Origin: Thermoproteota archaeon
GTDB lineage: Archaea; Korarchaeota; Korarchaeia; Korarchaeales; Korarchaeaceae
Assembly (NCBI GenBank): GCA_027491735.1
Contig: JAOZGP010000006.1
Location: forward strand, 57,066 to 121,065
Length of the DNA stretch: 64,000 nucleotides
Direction of reading: 5' to 3'
How positions within the stretch are numbered: the stretch's first letter is position 1; every line of letters starts with the position of its first letter. The notes under the pieces were generated by a model that was given only the letters and a program-made list of their open reading frames with translations, ran no database searches and was not told the DNA's origin. Shown here one piece after another: positions 1-12,685 of the stretch. The translations under genes and the position numbers were made by a program.

Positions 1-31
1 AAAAGATATATGAGACTAGCGAAAAAGGAAA

Positions 32-1844
32 CTTTCAATCCTCTTTACATTGAGACGTAAGATTTATATATGGCCAAAACACTAATATACTATTGGCTTT
101 CAATCCTCTTTACATTGAGACTTCCAATAAAATACATTGAAGAGCTCACAGAGTATTTTAACTTTCAATCCTCTTTACATTGAGACGTTGCTCCACCTTC
201 CTTATATAACAGCTTCGCTATTAACTTTCAATCCTCTTTACATTGAGACTAAGTGTGTGCATAAAATAAGTAGGTGGTGAAAACATGACTTTCAATCCTC
301 TTTACATTGAGACTTACTGGCAGGGCTTTCTCTTTAGGGAGGGGAAGTGAAAACTTTCAATCCTCTTTACATTGAGACCTCCAGCTTATACCCCTTAGCT
401 CAAGGCAAAAGCAGGACTGCTTTCAATCCTCTTTACATTGAGACATAAAACCCAAGAAGCTCTGATCTAATTTTTTATTTTTCTTTCAATCCTCTTTACA
501 TTGAGACTGAACAAATATATTAAATCGGACACACTAAACTACATCTTTCAATCCTCTTTACATTGAGACCAGTTACCTTTTCTGTCCCCCGCTCCGCGGG
601 GGTAGAGACTTTCAATCCTCTTTACATTGAGACACCTCCATTTACTGCCCACAGCCTGTCATGGGAAGGAGCCTTTCAATCCTCTTTACATTGAGACTCG
701 CTGAAGTGCCTAATGTACTTCAGCCAAGTTAAGAGCCTTTCAATCCTCTTTACATTGAGACCCAACGAAACTATCTGGATTTACAAAGATATCTTTTACA
801 CTTTCAATCCTCTTTACATTGAGACAATTGGAGAGGAAATAAAATACCTTAAGGACCTCTTCACTTTCAATCCTCTTTACATTGAGACATTCGTTTTGTT
901 GAGAAAGAAATAGGAGAGGAAGAAGGCTTTCAATCCTCTTTACATTGAGACCGACATTTAAGGTAGGAGACATAGACCCGCTCTCGATATCTTTCAATCC
1001 TCTTTACATTGAGACAGGTCCCATAGCCGGCATCAATGGATCAACATTGCTGGCTTTCAATCCTCTTTACATTGAGACTTCCATAAGTATAGTGCATTAG
1101 GCCAAAGATCGCTGAAGCTTTCAATCCTCTTTACATTGAGACAAAAATAAGCGAAGGAAGAAAAGTATTTTCTAAAACACTCTTTCAATCCTCTTTACAT
1201 TGAGACAGACGATGACTGAGCAAAACTCTTCTTCTCCTTTTTCTTTCTTTCAATCCTCTTTACATTGAGACATACTCTACCTTCACGGAAAAACAAAAGA
1301 TGTTTGGGGTCTTTCAATCCTCTTTACATTGAGACCTGAGGATTGAGGCAGGACTGGACTCAAACACTTTGGGCTTTCAATCCTCTTTACATTGAGACCG
1401 TAGCAATTCTTCCCCTTGAGGACGAGAGGTTCAAATCCCTTTCAATCCTCTTTACATTGAGACAAAATTTTGAAATGCCATGCAACTAATTTACCCACTG
1501 CACTTTCAATCCTCTTTACATTGAGACAAAAAGTAAACTTCTTATTTCTCCTGCCTCCTTTTTTCTTTCAATCCTCTTTACATTGAGACTGAAGAACAAG
1601 GTTCAGAGCTTCTTAAGGGAAATACACTTTCAATCCTCTTTACATTGAGACTAAGATGAAGACACAAAAGCACGGGTGAAAAAATGGGAGCTTTCAATCC
1701 TCTTTACATTGAGACATCTCTATGAGTGGTGGCCAGGACAATACCTCATATACGCTTTCAATCCTCTTTACATTGAGACTTAGAGCATAACCCAGAAAGG
1801 GTTAGTAAAGGACATGCAGCTTTCAATCCTCTTTACATTGAGAC
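32..1844 (-). CRISPR. CRISPR array: 29 identical 25-bp repeats, 28 complete spacers of 37-41 bp; probably continues left of the window
   Basis: CTTTCAATCCTCTTTACATTGAGAC starts at 32, 97, 162 ... 1755, 1820. The reverse complement GTCTCAATGTAAAGAGGATTGAAAG ends in the canonical ATTGAAAG crRNA handle, which implies minus-strand transcription. 1..31 is a partial spacer. Confidence 0.99.
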
Positions 1845-2128
1845 ATATAGTACTCTAACAATTATCAAGCTGATTTCATGACTCTTCTGTCCCTTTACTC
1901 TTACATCGAAACTAACAAAAACTTTACGTAGAAAGACTTATTTGTGATTAGCTGTTTGTTCGAGTAAAAACTTTTGTATGACCAAATCATCTACTTCGAA
2001 AGAGGGAAAAGATGCTTAGGATGTTCGAGTCTAATTCATCACATAATACTTTATTTTTGGTAAATACACACGTCAGGAGCCCACAAATTTCATTAAAAGA
2101 TTCGTCCTTCAGTTGGTGGGAGCTGTCT
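1845..2128. promoter_or_regulatory. CRISPR leader and divergent cas1 promoter region
   Basis: AT-rich stretch between the last repeat and cas1, on the 5' side of the array as oriented by the repeat. Two AAAAACTTT..GTA boxes near 1917 and 1966. Confidence 0.75.
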
Positions 2129-4308
<2,180 letters not shown>

Positions 4309-4334
<26 letters not shown>

Positions 4335-4851
4335 AGAGGTTGAGGAATACTTCTTCTGCCCGATGCTATTCTACTACAAAAACTTTCTCGGAATGGAGAG
4401 GCCTAAGGGCCTCTGGTCCGATCTCGGCAGAGAGATACAGGAAGAGATCTCGAAGTTTGTTAGGAGCAAGTTCAAGGTTGTGGACAGTCAGGTACTCCTC
4501 AAGAGCGAGAGACTTGGCGTTGTCGGTAAAGTAGACTTCCTAGTTGAGGTTGATGGTAAGGTGCTCCCTCTGGAGATCAAGTACAGCAGAAGGATGAGAC
4601 CCTGGTGGAGGTACACACTGGTCCTCTACGGGATGCTTCTCGAGGATCTGATAAAGAGACCCGTGAAGTCCGGTTTCCTTCTCCTGAAGAAAAGGATCCT
4701 CAGAATCGACTTCAGAGATGAAGACAGGAGGTATGTCACGCAAGCAATAGAGAAGTGCAGGAGGATAATGAATGGTGACGTTCTACGATCCTTCACCTCT
4801 AGGAGCTGTGAGAACTGTGACTTCAGGTCAATGTGCCTCGATATCAGCTGA
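4309..4851 (+). CDS. cas4: Cas4 exonuclease
   Basis: FCPM, GKVD, EIK RecB-like motifs and CENCDFRSMC. Confidence 0.93.
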
Positions 4852-5755
4852 CAACCTTGTACCACCCAAAGCCAAAGCTACTCCTCTTTCCCACATGAGA
4901 TAACTGACAGAAGGCCAGAGATTTCCTGATCCATGAGGTGGGTGCTCCAGAGCAGACCATATCTCCCAAGAGAAAAACTTGTTCTTCCCCCTTATACCTG
5001 AACCGTACCTCCCTTAACGAGCTCTCGATGATCTTGATCCTCTCAGCGCTCTTGAGAACCTCCTCAGCGTTAAACCCCGGCTCTTTCATGAGGTACTGAT
5101 GATATATTGCTGAGAGCTTCCTCGACATGAAGGACATCAGATCTCTGAAGCTTGGATCTCTTAGAAGCCGCCCTTCTCTGATTAACCTGAAGGGAGTCAG
5201 GAACCTCAACATGAACATCCTTCCAATTCTGATCGAGAGATCTCTCTCTGAGATCCAGCTCCTCGTTTTGTACATTTTTCCATTTTCATAAAATATTTCT
5301 CTCTCTCGTCTGAATGGGTTCTCAACAGCAACTCTCCTCAGGACAAGCCTCCCCTTCTTCCCCTTCACACCAAGACCATGCCTGCACATGTCCTTCACGG
5401 CCATGAACAGGGGGTTCTCGAAGGAGACAGCATCTCCAAAGAGAACTAGGGAGAAGGTGAGTGAATCTCCCTCGGAGAAGTCCATCTCTGATGTGAGAGG
5501 GGGTTTTATCACGTAAGGTTTTGTAAAACCACTTATCTTCTTGAGAACCAGGCCCTTGGATGGGGTCTTATAGAGGTAGCCGTAAGGGCACCTGAAGATC
5601 ATTGAACATAGATCGCACTTTCCATCCTCCCTCAGACAGAACTTCCTCTTCAGGTGGAGTCCTATGACCCCCCTGATGAGGTTCCCCTTCCAGGGTGGGA
5701 GAGTGGCCCTCTCCTCGAACTCAATTTCGAATTTATAAAACCTACATATCCTCAA
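4844..5755 (-). CDS. cas6: Cas6 crRNA-processing endoribonuclease (Cys-cluster subfamily)
   Basis: GNLIRG, a C-x6-C-x2-C-x5-CPY cluster, FLTPFRL and C-terminal HVGKRSSFGFG Gly loop. Confidence 0.92.
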   Translation of the reverse strand: MRICRFYKFEIEFEERATLPPWKGNLIRGVIGLHLKRKFCLREDGKCDLCSMIFRCPYGYLYKTPSKGLVLKKISGFTKPYVIKPPLTSEMDFSEGDSLTFSLVLFGDAVSFENPLFMAVKDMCRHGLGVKGKKGRLVLRRVAVENPFRREREIFYENGKMYKTRSWISERDLSIRIGRMFMLRFLTPFRLIREGRLLRDPSFRDLMSFMSRKLSAIYHQYLMKEPGFNAEEVLKSAERIKIIESSLREVRFRYKGEEQVFLLGDMVCSGAPTSWIRKSLAFCQLSHVGKRSSFGFGWYKVVS

Positions 5756-5845
5756 GTCCCCACCCTGCTCAGTTCTGAATCAGGATCTTAAATAATTACA
5801 TGATGCCCTGTGGACCATCTGTTTCTATGTCTTGGATACCAATTC

Positions 5846-6559
5846 TCAGGCTTGTGTGTCAGCTATGATGTCTGAGCAGTGAGTCCGTGCGCAGATAAGA
5901 ACCTTGAGGAAGTCCTCCACAACACTACCGAAAACTGTATGAGTACTTCGATTTTTTGAACCTTCATAATCACAAATAACTGCTATGAGCAGGAGTCGTA
6001 GGGCTTTCTTGGCAAAACTTCCATGAAATGCATGCCAAATCTCGCTAATTATATCTTTTACCTTTTCTGCTGCAGCATTCATGTCAAGATTTTTTAGCAC
6101 ATCGACAACGTTTAACACGCATCTCTTATCAGCATAATTTTCTAGGATTTCAGCTAATTCGTGCAGAACTTCATCGTTTATTCTTATTTGGATTTTCTTA
6201 AGCTTTTCCAATCTATTTTTCATTTTCATCGCGTGATGATGAAATATTATTGGAAATAAATATAGCAATTCTTGCTCCTGCACTCTCTTTTCATAAACAT
6301 TGATGAATTCTTCCTCAAACACCTTCCAGAAAACGTAGGCTGATACAAATTCATGTCCCGGGAAGCTAAGCTCATCGCTATCTTTCTGATAGACTACTTT
6401 TCCTATATCGTGAAAGACTATAACCCTCTCAACGAACACTTCATCGAATTCATCGAGCCATAGCTTAGTTTTCTTAATCTCACTCAATGCCTTCAAGCAT
6501 TCATCTATATGCTCCTCAAGTGTCTGACTTTTATCACCTTTCTTAAAGGCGTAGATCAT
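5846..6559 (-). CDS. cas3'': Cas3'' HD nuclease
   Basis: QTLEEH, FHDIGK, GHEFVSA, HHH and ICDYEGS motifs. Confidence 0.95.
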   Translation of the reverse strand: MIYAFKKGDKSQTLEEHIDECLKALSEIKKTKLWLDEFDEVFVERVIVFHDIGKVVYQKDSDELSFPGHEFVSAYVFWKVFEEEFINVYEKRVQEQELLYLFPIIFHHHAMKMKNRLEKLKKIQIRINDEVLHELAEILENYADKRCVLNVVDVLKNLDMNAAAEKVKDIISEIWHAFHGSFAKKALRLLLIAVICDYEGSKNRSTHTVFGSVVEDFLKVLICARTHCSDIIADTQA

Positions 6560-8502
6560 TTCTCACACCTCAAGCCCGTTTCGCTATCGTAAGATACAGC
6601 AGCAGTAAAGGCAATCGGTGAAACAAGTCTTTTCTTATCTTCAATCCAAATTCCTCTCAAAAGCATTTTAGGGCTTAAAAAGACCTTCTTTTTCTCAAAC
6701 ACAACCCTATCATTTTCATCGACATAAAGAAAACCAGTAATATCTAAAGATCTCAGCATCCTTGCAGATACCGGTATGCAGAGCTTGGAAATAAGCTTGC
6801 TAAGCTCTTTCTCATTCTTTCCAACGAACTTATTAAGATGTTTTATCGGAACTATGTTAACCTGATACTCCTCTCTCACGAAGCTACCTTCAAGCCTGAG
6901 CAAAATTTCAACAGCATTCTCAGGACTTTCTAGATGATAGTGTATTCTCAACAAATCCTCTATTGCCTGAATATTGCAGAGGTCATCTTCTGAATATACA
7001 TTATCCAAGAGTTCCTTATAGCCCTTTACCTCAGCTGTTCCTTCAGGGATGTGCACGTTCAGCTTGTAGTTTCTAAGCCATTTGAGAGTTCTCCGCGTTA
7101 ATTCATAGTCGTAAACTTTATACATTGGAGTAGCAATCGTCAGTCTGTCCTTCTTCCCTTTCCACTCGTTGAGCTTCTTGAAGTTTACATGTTCAAACTT
7201 CCTTTTGAGTATTTCGACGCATCTCTCAAAGATTTCGTCACTTTTAGTGTCAATACAAATCCATTTCACGTTCCTTGCTTTTCTGTTTAGCGAAATTGAC
7301 AGCTTTAAGTACTTATCCTCGGCCTCATACCAAATCACTATTTTTCCTCTCTCCTCATTGTATCTCAAAAATCTGCCCAAACGTTGTACAAGTGAATTAG
7401 CTGGAGCAATTTCCGTTATAAAAAGATTTGAGCTTATATCAACTCCAGCCTCTATTACTTGCGTCGCTATTATAAGATAGTTATTTCTAAACTTCTTCAG
7501 CTTTTCGCTTTTCTCTCTTCTATCGGACTCTGTAAATCTTGAATGTATTAGGAGGATATCATCAAAAGTTCCGCAAATTTCCTCATCGCTCCTCACTACT
7601 AAGTAAAAGTTTATAGCGTCTTCCACAGTGTTGAAAACGATTAAAACTTTTCTAAGCTCATTACAGTGCTCTTTAATCAACTCCTTTAATTTTCTATATT
7701 TCTCATTCTCTCTCAGCGGGTAGATTTCTATTTCATACTCTTTGCTCATCCTCTCCTTAACGAAATCTTCGTCGAAGTAGTTGTAAGAATTGAAGTCTGA
7801 GCTTTTCGAGAATGTTATGAATACAATCTTATCCGAATACTCCTGCAAAGAATCGATCAGGATTTTCTTAAAAGCTTTTGGAAGAGTTGCCGACATCAAA
7901 ACGAGTTTTTGATCGAACCTTATAGCAATCTTAAGCAAAGCTATCAAAAAGTTTAGAGATTTGGTTGAATCTGCAAGAAGGTGAACTTCGTCCAAGATTA
8001 CATTGGATAGTACAGCAGACGCCCAAGAGAACATGTAATGACCGAAACTGAAAGATATACCTTCATAAGCTCTCAAAGCCTTTTCAAAATCCTCTGGAGC
8101 TATTCCGAATAGAGTTAGTGCGAGGGTATCAACTGTTGTTAAAGTTATGGGTTTGATCAAGTATCTTGAATCAGGATGGTGCATGTATCTAACTCCTATA
8201 ATTTTTTCATCGCAAATCGCATTCTTTCCTCTCTTTCTTCCGATAAAAGTGTCGTATTGATCCTCGATAAGCGTTCTCAGGGGGTAGCATACTATCGCTT
8301 TCAGCTCTTCACATGCAGAGTAAAGGGCTAAAGTGGCTGAAATGGTTGATTTTCCATAGCCTGTTGGTGCTTCGATGATGAAGATGTTTTTGTCGTTCCA
8401 GTGTTCTGTGATCTTATCTAAGGCGAACTTCACGAAGGGTCTTGGGGATTTGAAGTTCCATTGCTTACAAACTTTCCTTAGGTAGCTATTCCAATCTGCC
8501 AT
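6556..8502 (-). CDS. cas3': Cas3' helicase
   Basis: APTGYGKS, DEVH, MSAT, HSRF, TQVIEAGVD, QRLGR. Likely start MADWN at 8502. Confidence 0.96.
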   Translation of the reverse strand: MADWNSYLRKVCKQWNFKSPRPFVKFALDKITEHWNDKNIFIIEAPTGYGKSTISATLALYSACEELKAIVCYPLRTLIEDQYDTFIGRKRGKNAICDEKIIGVRYMHHPDSRYLIKPITLTTVDTLALTLFGIAPEDFEKALRAYEGISFSFGHYMFSWASAVLSNVILDEVHLLADSTKSLNFLIALLKIAIRFDQKLVLMSATLPKAFKKILIDSLQEYSDKIVFITFSKSSDFNSYNYFDEDFVKERMSKEYEIEIYPLRENEKYRKLKELIKEHCNELRKVLIVFNTVEDAINFYLVVRSDEEICGTFDDILLIHSRFTESDRREKSEKLKKFRNNYLIIATQVIEAGVDISSNLFITEIAPANSLVQRLGRFLRYNEERGKIVIWYEAEDKYLKLSISLNRKARNVKWICIDTKSDEIFERCVEILKRKFEHVNFKKLNEWKGKKDRLTIATPMYKVYDYELTRRTLKWLRNYKLNVHIPEGTAEVKGYKELLDNVYSEDDLCNIQAIEDLLRIHYHLESPENAVEILLRLEGSFVREEYQVNIVPIKHLNKFVGKNEKELSKLISKLCIPVSARMLRSLDITGFLYVDENDRVVFEKKKVFLSPKMLLRGIWIEDKKRLVSPIAFTAAVSYDSETGLRCEK

Positions 8503-9412
8503 ACCCCAAACCTGTTTTAGCCCCGACCCCAAATTCTCTTAAAGCTGAAATTAAAATCGATTTAGCTTTATCCAAAAGTTCCCTCCTACCATCTCTCGAA
8601 GCTACGGCGAATTGAAATTCAATACCTTTGGGGACCGTAAGGAAGAATATAGGATTCGGCTGATGCCAGTCGCCTGGCGCTTTTTCGAGTTTTTCTCCTA
8701 GTTCTTTCTCGCTTGCGGTGTAGTATGGTTGATAGTGTGGATTTATTACGTCGAGTTCTAAAATCGGTTTTTGGCTAAGCTGCTCAGGAGTTGGAAAGAC
8801 GTCAAAGAAGATTATCTCTCCTTCTTGCTTTTGAGTTCCGAAAATCCTTCTCAGAACGGTCATCTCATTAAGTATATCATCAGATACATCCAGCTTCAGC
8901 TTATCTTCAATGGTCTTTTTAACTACTACATTGTTCCTCTCATCCTTTGCTGGATTTTCCAGAGCATCTTGAATTCTTTTAGCCAACTCGAAGAAATCTA
9001 CACCGCAATCCATCAATCTACCAGCCAGATTCAATATGGCGTAATGCTTTGCAACGCCTTTCAAAGCCGAACCGGGGATGTATGGAACCCCGTAATTTCT
9101 GTGAAGTCTTATAGATGTCTCATAAACGCTCTCATCCCCCAAGCCGACTATTAAGCGGGATTTCGTTTTCATTGTAAACGTTTCCCCAACGCTTTCCCAG
9201 AGGTTTTTCTGAAGCTCAAAGAATCTTTCATATCGCTCAATTTCTGGCAGTTTAATCTGAAAATTGAATTCAGCTATTTTTGGCTTCTTAGTTCCGTCTC
9301 TCTCCTCAACAAATGGAGTAAACTTCTCGATCTTTAACGATAGATTATCTATCTCATCCCAATGATTTTTTATGATTTCTTTAAGATAAGCTGGAACAAA
9401 AAATTCAGTCAT
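8486..9412 (-). CDS. cmr6: Type III-B RAMP Cmr6
   Basis: GVPYIPGSALKG, INPHYQPYY, PNPIFFL, GVGAKTGLGYG. Confidence 0.95.
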   Translation of the reverse strand: MTEFFVPAYLKEIIKNHWDEIDNLSLKIEKFTPFVEERDGTKKPKIAEFNFQIKLPEIERYERFFELQKNLWESVGETFTMKTKSRLIVGLGDESVYETSIRLHRNYGVPYIPGSALKGVAKHYAILNLAGRLMDCGVDFFELAKRIQDALENPAKDERNNVVVKKTIEDKLKLDVSDDILNEMTVLRRIFGTQKQEGEIIFFDVFPTPEQLSQKPILELDVINPHYQPYYTASEKELGEKLEKAPGDWHQPNPIFFLTVPKGIEFQFAVASRDGRRELLDKAKSILISALREFGVGAKTGLGYGRLE

Positions 9413-9912
9413 TCTTCTTCCTCCTTTTCGAGCATAGCATCTGCAAACCTCTTCATCCAATTAAGAAGATTTATAGCTTCTCTTGTTAACTGCATCATCA
9501 ATTGAACGTTCGCCTCATCACATATGAATTTAAGAGGATCCCTTCCCTTTGTAAGACCTCTCCCATTATTCGCTTTCTTAGCGAGCCAGTCCGAGATTTG
9601 GTAGAACAGATATGCGTAGGCTATTCGTTCAGCTTTATTTTCAAATGCTTTTTCTCCTCTCTCAAGCCTTTTTAGTTCTTCTCCAACCTTTGTGTATTCA
9701 GTCTCCCTTATCTTCATCTTTGAGAGATAAAACGCCAACGCATTCGGCAAACCATTGGTGAGGATTAGCACGGGCGCACTCTTAACGTATGAAGCATATT
9801 TTCTTTGAATTTCTTTTTTGTTCATGAAATCACTGACCTCCTTAACCTTTGCAACCGCCTCGTATGCGAACTTGGCTCTATCCTGCTCAAGGCTTCTCAT
9901 TTCCATCACCAA
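9409..9912 (-). CDS. cmr5: Type III-B small subunit Cmr5
   Basis: LEQDRAKFAY, PVLILTNGL, WMKRFADAML. Confidence 0.93.
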   Translation of the reverse strand: MVMEMRSLEQDRAKFAYEAVAKVKEVSDFMNKKEIQRKYASYVKSAPVLILTNGLPNALAFYLSKMKIRETEYTKVGEELKRLERGEKAFENKAERIAYAYLFYQISDWLAKKANNGRGLTKGRDPLKFICDEANVQLMMQLTREAINLLNWMKRFADAMLEKEEEE

Positions 9913-10834
9913 ACCTTAGCTTAACGAAACCCTTTCCGACTGTTTCGTTTCCTCCAATTTGGATGAATTTGCTGTCAAATGCTCTTAGCCCCTGAATAAC
10001 CCCATCAACAGTAGATAGCTCATCGATTTCTTTCCTCGGCTTTCCTACCGCTATGACTGAATACAGCAACGTGTCGGATGGTAAGTATTCCTCGTACCAC
10101 AGAGCCCCGGGCTCAACAGTTCCCCTCTCAGTGTTTATTTTAACTCTTGCAAGTATCTCGGTAGCAGTCTGAACGAGATTAGAGAAGACATCATTCGGAA
10201 TTATTACCACTCTGCTCTCATCGATTTCTATGGGAGAGATTTCTCCGATCACGCTCATAAGTTGTGAGAGATCCCTATTTTCTGCTTTCAAAACTACATC
10301 CTCTATTACCATGTTATTGTTATCTATGATTATCGAGGAGTTTTCGGATACCAAAGCTTTATCTACAATTGAACCGATGTTGTAATCAAGCTTCTTACCT
10401 ATAAGCTCTAAATCTCCCTTCAGCTTATTCAAAACTAATGGACAGGTTACATAAGCAAAAACTCCCTTCAAACTCCTAACCGGAAACAGCAGAACTTTGG
10501 CATCTCCGACGCTTATAGTCCCTGCATGCTCATGTGCTCGCTCTGTTGGAGGACCGAAAATAACGTTTGTTTTTGGCATTTCTTCTAATGCTTTTTCAAG
10601 CTCTTTCTTTTTATTATTGTCAGTCTCCTTTTCTATTTGCTCTCTAATCTGTTTTTTCTCAAAATCTGCATAAGCTCTCCTCAAAACACCCTTCAAGCTC
10701 TGCCCCCAGATCACTGGAAAGCCCGTGTGCCTTTCCCTCTGAATCGGCAAATCTATAACGCTTAACTCCGCTCCACTTCCGGCATGCACTGGGGTTACGC
10801 TATACAAACCCAAAATCAGGGCTTTCTCAAACAT
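9887..10834 (-). CDS. cmr4: Type III-B RAMP Cmr4
   Basis: TPVHAGSG, DLPIQRERHTGFP (catalytic Asp present), LWYEEYLP, QIGGNETVGKG. Confidence 0.97.
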   Translation of the reverse strand: MFEKALILGLYSVTPVHAGSGAELSVIDLPIQRERHTGFPVIWGQSLKGVLRRAYADFEKKQIREQIEKETDNNKKKELEKALEEMPKTNVIFGPPTERAHEHAGTISVGDAKVLLFPVRSLKGVFAYVTCPLVLNKLKGDLELIGKKLDYNIGSIVDKALVSENSSIIIDNNNMVIEDVVLKAENRDLSQLMSVIGEISPIEIDESRVVIIPNDVFSNLVQTATEILARVKINTERGTVEPGALWYEEYLPSDTLLYSVIAVGKPRKEIDELSTVDGVIQGLRAFDSKFIQIGGNETVGKGFVKLRFGDGNEKP

Positions 10835-11171
10835 TGCTATCACCCTCAGCCTCGTCTAGCAATCTCTCAAAAATTGGTTTTATTTTCGGAGTATCCTTTT
10901 TGACTGTCAACCAAACCACCTCCAAATCCACACCAAAATAAGCACGGATTAACTTATCCCTCATTCCTGCGATAGCTTTCCACAGAATTTCGGGATGTTT
11001 CTCTTTCAGCTCCTTAGAGATGTTTTTAACTGCCTCACTGATTATTTCTAAAGCCCTAACAACTGCATATTGGGTTTTTACATCATTCAAGAATTCGTTA
11101 AAAGTCATACCTTTAACAAAGTCTTCAACCTTCTCAATAGCATCCATAACATAATTTCTGTCGCTCCTCAT
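10827..11171 (-). CDS. HepT/DUF86 HEPN toxin, probably inactive
   Basis: ALEIISEAVK and GMRDKLIRAYFGVD. The family motif R-x4-H-x-Y has Arg in place of His (codon CGT, 10944-10946). The N-terminus looks shortened. Confidence 0.85.
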   Translation of the reverse strand: MRSDRNYVMDAIEKVEDFVKGMTFNEFLNDVKTQYAVVRALEIISEAVKNISKELKEKHPEILWKAIAGMRDKLIRAYFGVDLEVVWLTVKKDTPKIKPIFERLLDEAEGDSNV

Positions 11172-11457
11172 ATATAAACTACCTCTTTTAAGACGTTCTC
11201 TTTAATCCTTGTTTCAAAGTCTTCTTCATCACTAAATCCACTTTAACACCCAAAATTTCTGTTAAATAGTTCTCAAGCTCTACGAATTCCAGCAGTGTAG
11301 GGGTTTCTTCAAACTCGACTAAGATGTCGATGTCGCTTCCCTCTCTCTGCTCTCCTCTCACATAAGAGCCGAATAAACCCATTTCCTTAACTTTAAATTT
11401 TTTTAATATCTCTTTGTGTTTGGCTAAAGTTTCTTTTATTTCCTCTAGGTTTTTCAT
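11168..11457 (-). pseudogene. MntA minimal nucleotidyltransferase antitoxin with a C-terminal frameshift
   Basis: [18 protein letters not shown] (GS-x10-DxD) is present. Adding one base near 11212 restores [16 protein letters not shown] with an ATGA overlap onto the hepT start. Confidence 0.82.
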
Positions 11458-12683
11458 TTCAACACCTCCAATTTGGGAAATCTGCACGCCCTCAAATCCT
11501 TCTCAAAGAACTTTCCGTATATCTTTTCAACATAACCGAGCAGATATCTGTAAAACTTCTCTGCATTATCCCCTTTAGCCATGGCCACAAATCCATGTGC
11601 TAGTATCGATTTGTTTCTTTTCGTTAGCAGATCTCTCAGTTTTTCATCGTTTTTCATTTCGATTGCCAGATCTATGCCTAACTCAGAAAGTAACTCAAGT
11701 TTACTCATAACCCCCAATCTGAGCACAATCTTTCCATCTTTAAATTCGGCAAATTTCTCAAACTTCCTTAAGATCTCTCTGCGTTTGCTGTCATCTTCTG
11801 ATAGAACGATCGGATCGTCGTATCCTCTCTCTTTCAGCATTATCTGAGCTATAACCTCAGTTGCCCTGTAGAGTCTCGCAACCGCATCATCGTAAAGTCC
11901 TGTCTCTATCCTCCTTTTCGCATTTTCCATTAAATCGAGAAGCTTCATTTTATAGTACTCGACCGTGGCCTTCTCCTTACTCTTAAGTCTTCCGAGAAAT
12001 TCGATATTGGATTTTACGTGATTTTTATCGACCAAATCTACCGACTTCCAGGATTCTTTCAGCATTTCGAAAGCCTTAAAATGGTTAAACCTATCCCAAA
12101 GTTCGTAAGCTTTTAAAAATTTTATCAGTTCATCCTTATAATCTAAAGCTCTAAGGTTTTGGGCTTCAAGTATTGCGGCATCGAAGTTATACACGTTGAA
12201 CAGCTTTGCGATCTTTTCAATAGTTACCATATCTTTAAACTGATAAGGCTCGAAAATGGAAATTCTTTCAAGGCCTCTCCTAACGATTCCACCTTTTCTT
12301 TCCCCGGCGATACATATTAAGCGGGTGTTCACGAATATGGCAGCTGAAGCCATTGCAGAACTCATCGTTTTCGTGCCATACGTGTAGTTGATGAAAAGAT
12401 CTCGCTCTGAGTAATTCTTTAAAACTTCGAGCATAGTTCTAAAACATAAGTTAAAATCGTCGGGGTTGGAGATTTCTACCAATTTTGTATCTATATCGGT
12501 CTTCGATTTTATCAGATCGACCATTTCTTTCGTCTCTTTTGTGTAAAACAGAACGATCTTATCTGGCTTAATAGTTTTAACGATCTCATTTATGAAACCG
12601 TCGACCATTAATTCGAGAGTTTCTCTTCTTTCTTCTTCGGTTCTTCCTACGCCAGTTCCAGTCGTGGAAACTAAAACTCTCAT
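11454..12683 (-). CDS. CARF-HEPN cOA-activated ribonuclease (TIGR02710/Csm6-like)
   Basis: N-terminal CARF ([17 protein letters not shown]), ENAKRR...[13 protein letters not shown] helical core and [12 protein letters not shown]. Confidence 0.88.
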   Translation of the reverse strand: MRVLVSTTGTGVGRTEEERRETLELMVDGFINEIVKTIKPDKIVLFYTKETKEMVDLIKSKTDIDTKLVEISNPDDFNLCFRTMLEVLKNYSERDLFINYTYGTKTMSSAMASAAIFVNTRLICIAGERKGGIVRRGLERISIFEPYQFKDMVTIEKIAKLFNVYNFDAAILEAQNLRALDYKDELIKFLKAYELWDRFNHFKAFEMLKESWKSVDLVDKNHVKSNIEFLGRLKSKEKATVEYYKMKLLDLMENAKRRIETGLYDDAVARLYRATEVIAQIMLKERGYDDPIVLSEDDSKRREILRKFEKFAEFKDGKIVLRLGVMSKLELLSELGIDLAIEMKNDEKLRDLLTKRNKSILAHGFVAMAKGDNAEKFYRYLLGYVEKIYGKFFEKDLRACRFPKLEVLK

Positions 12684-12685
12684 TT

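Noticed and set aside
713-997. ORFs 713-913 (+) and 740-997 (-)
   Set aside because: They lie wholly within the CRISPR array; translations are repeat/spacer artefacts.
379-1438. tRNA-like motifs in spacers (TAGCTCAAGG in 379-419; GGTTCAAATCC in 1399-1438)
   Set aside because: Stems do not pair properly and both spacers read as ordinary coding DNA.
57-1819. Self-targeting or duplicated spacers
   Set aside because: None noticed by eye within the window; an alignment would be needed to exclude them.
1888-1912. Possible degenerate 30th repeat (TTACATCGAAAC)
   Set aside because: Only the last 12 nt resemble the repeat, and it is on the leader side, where degenerate repeats are not expected.
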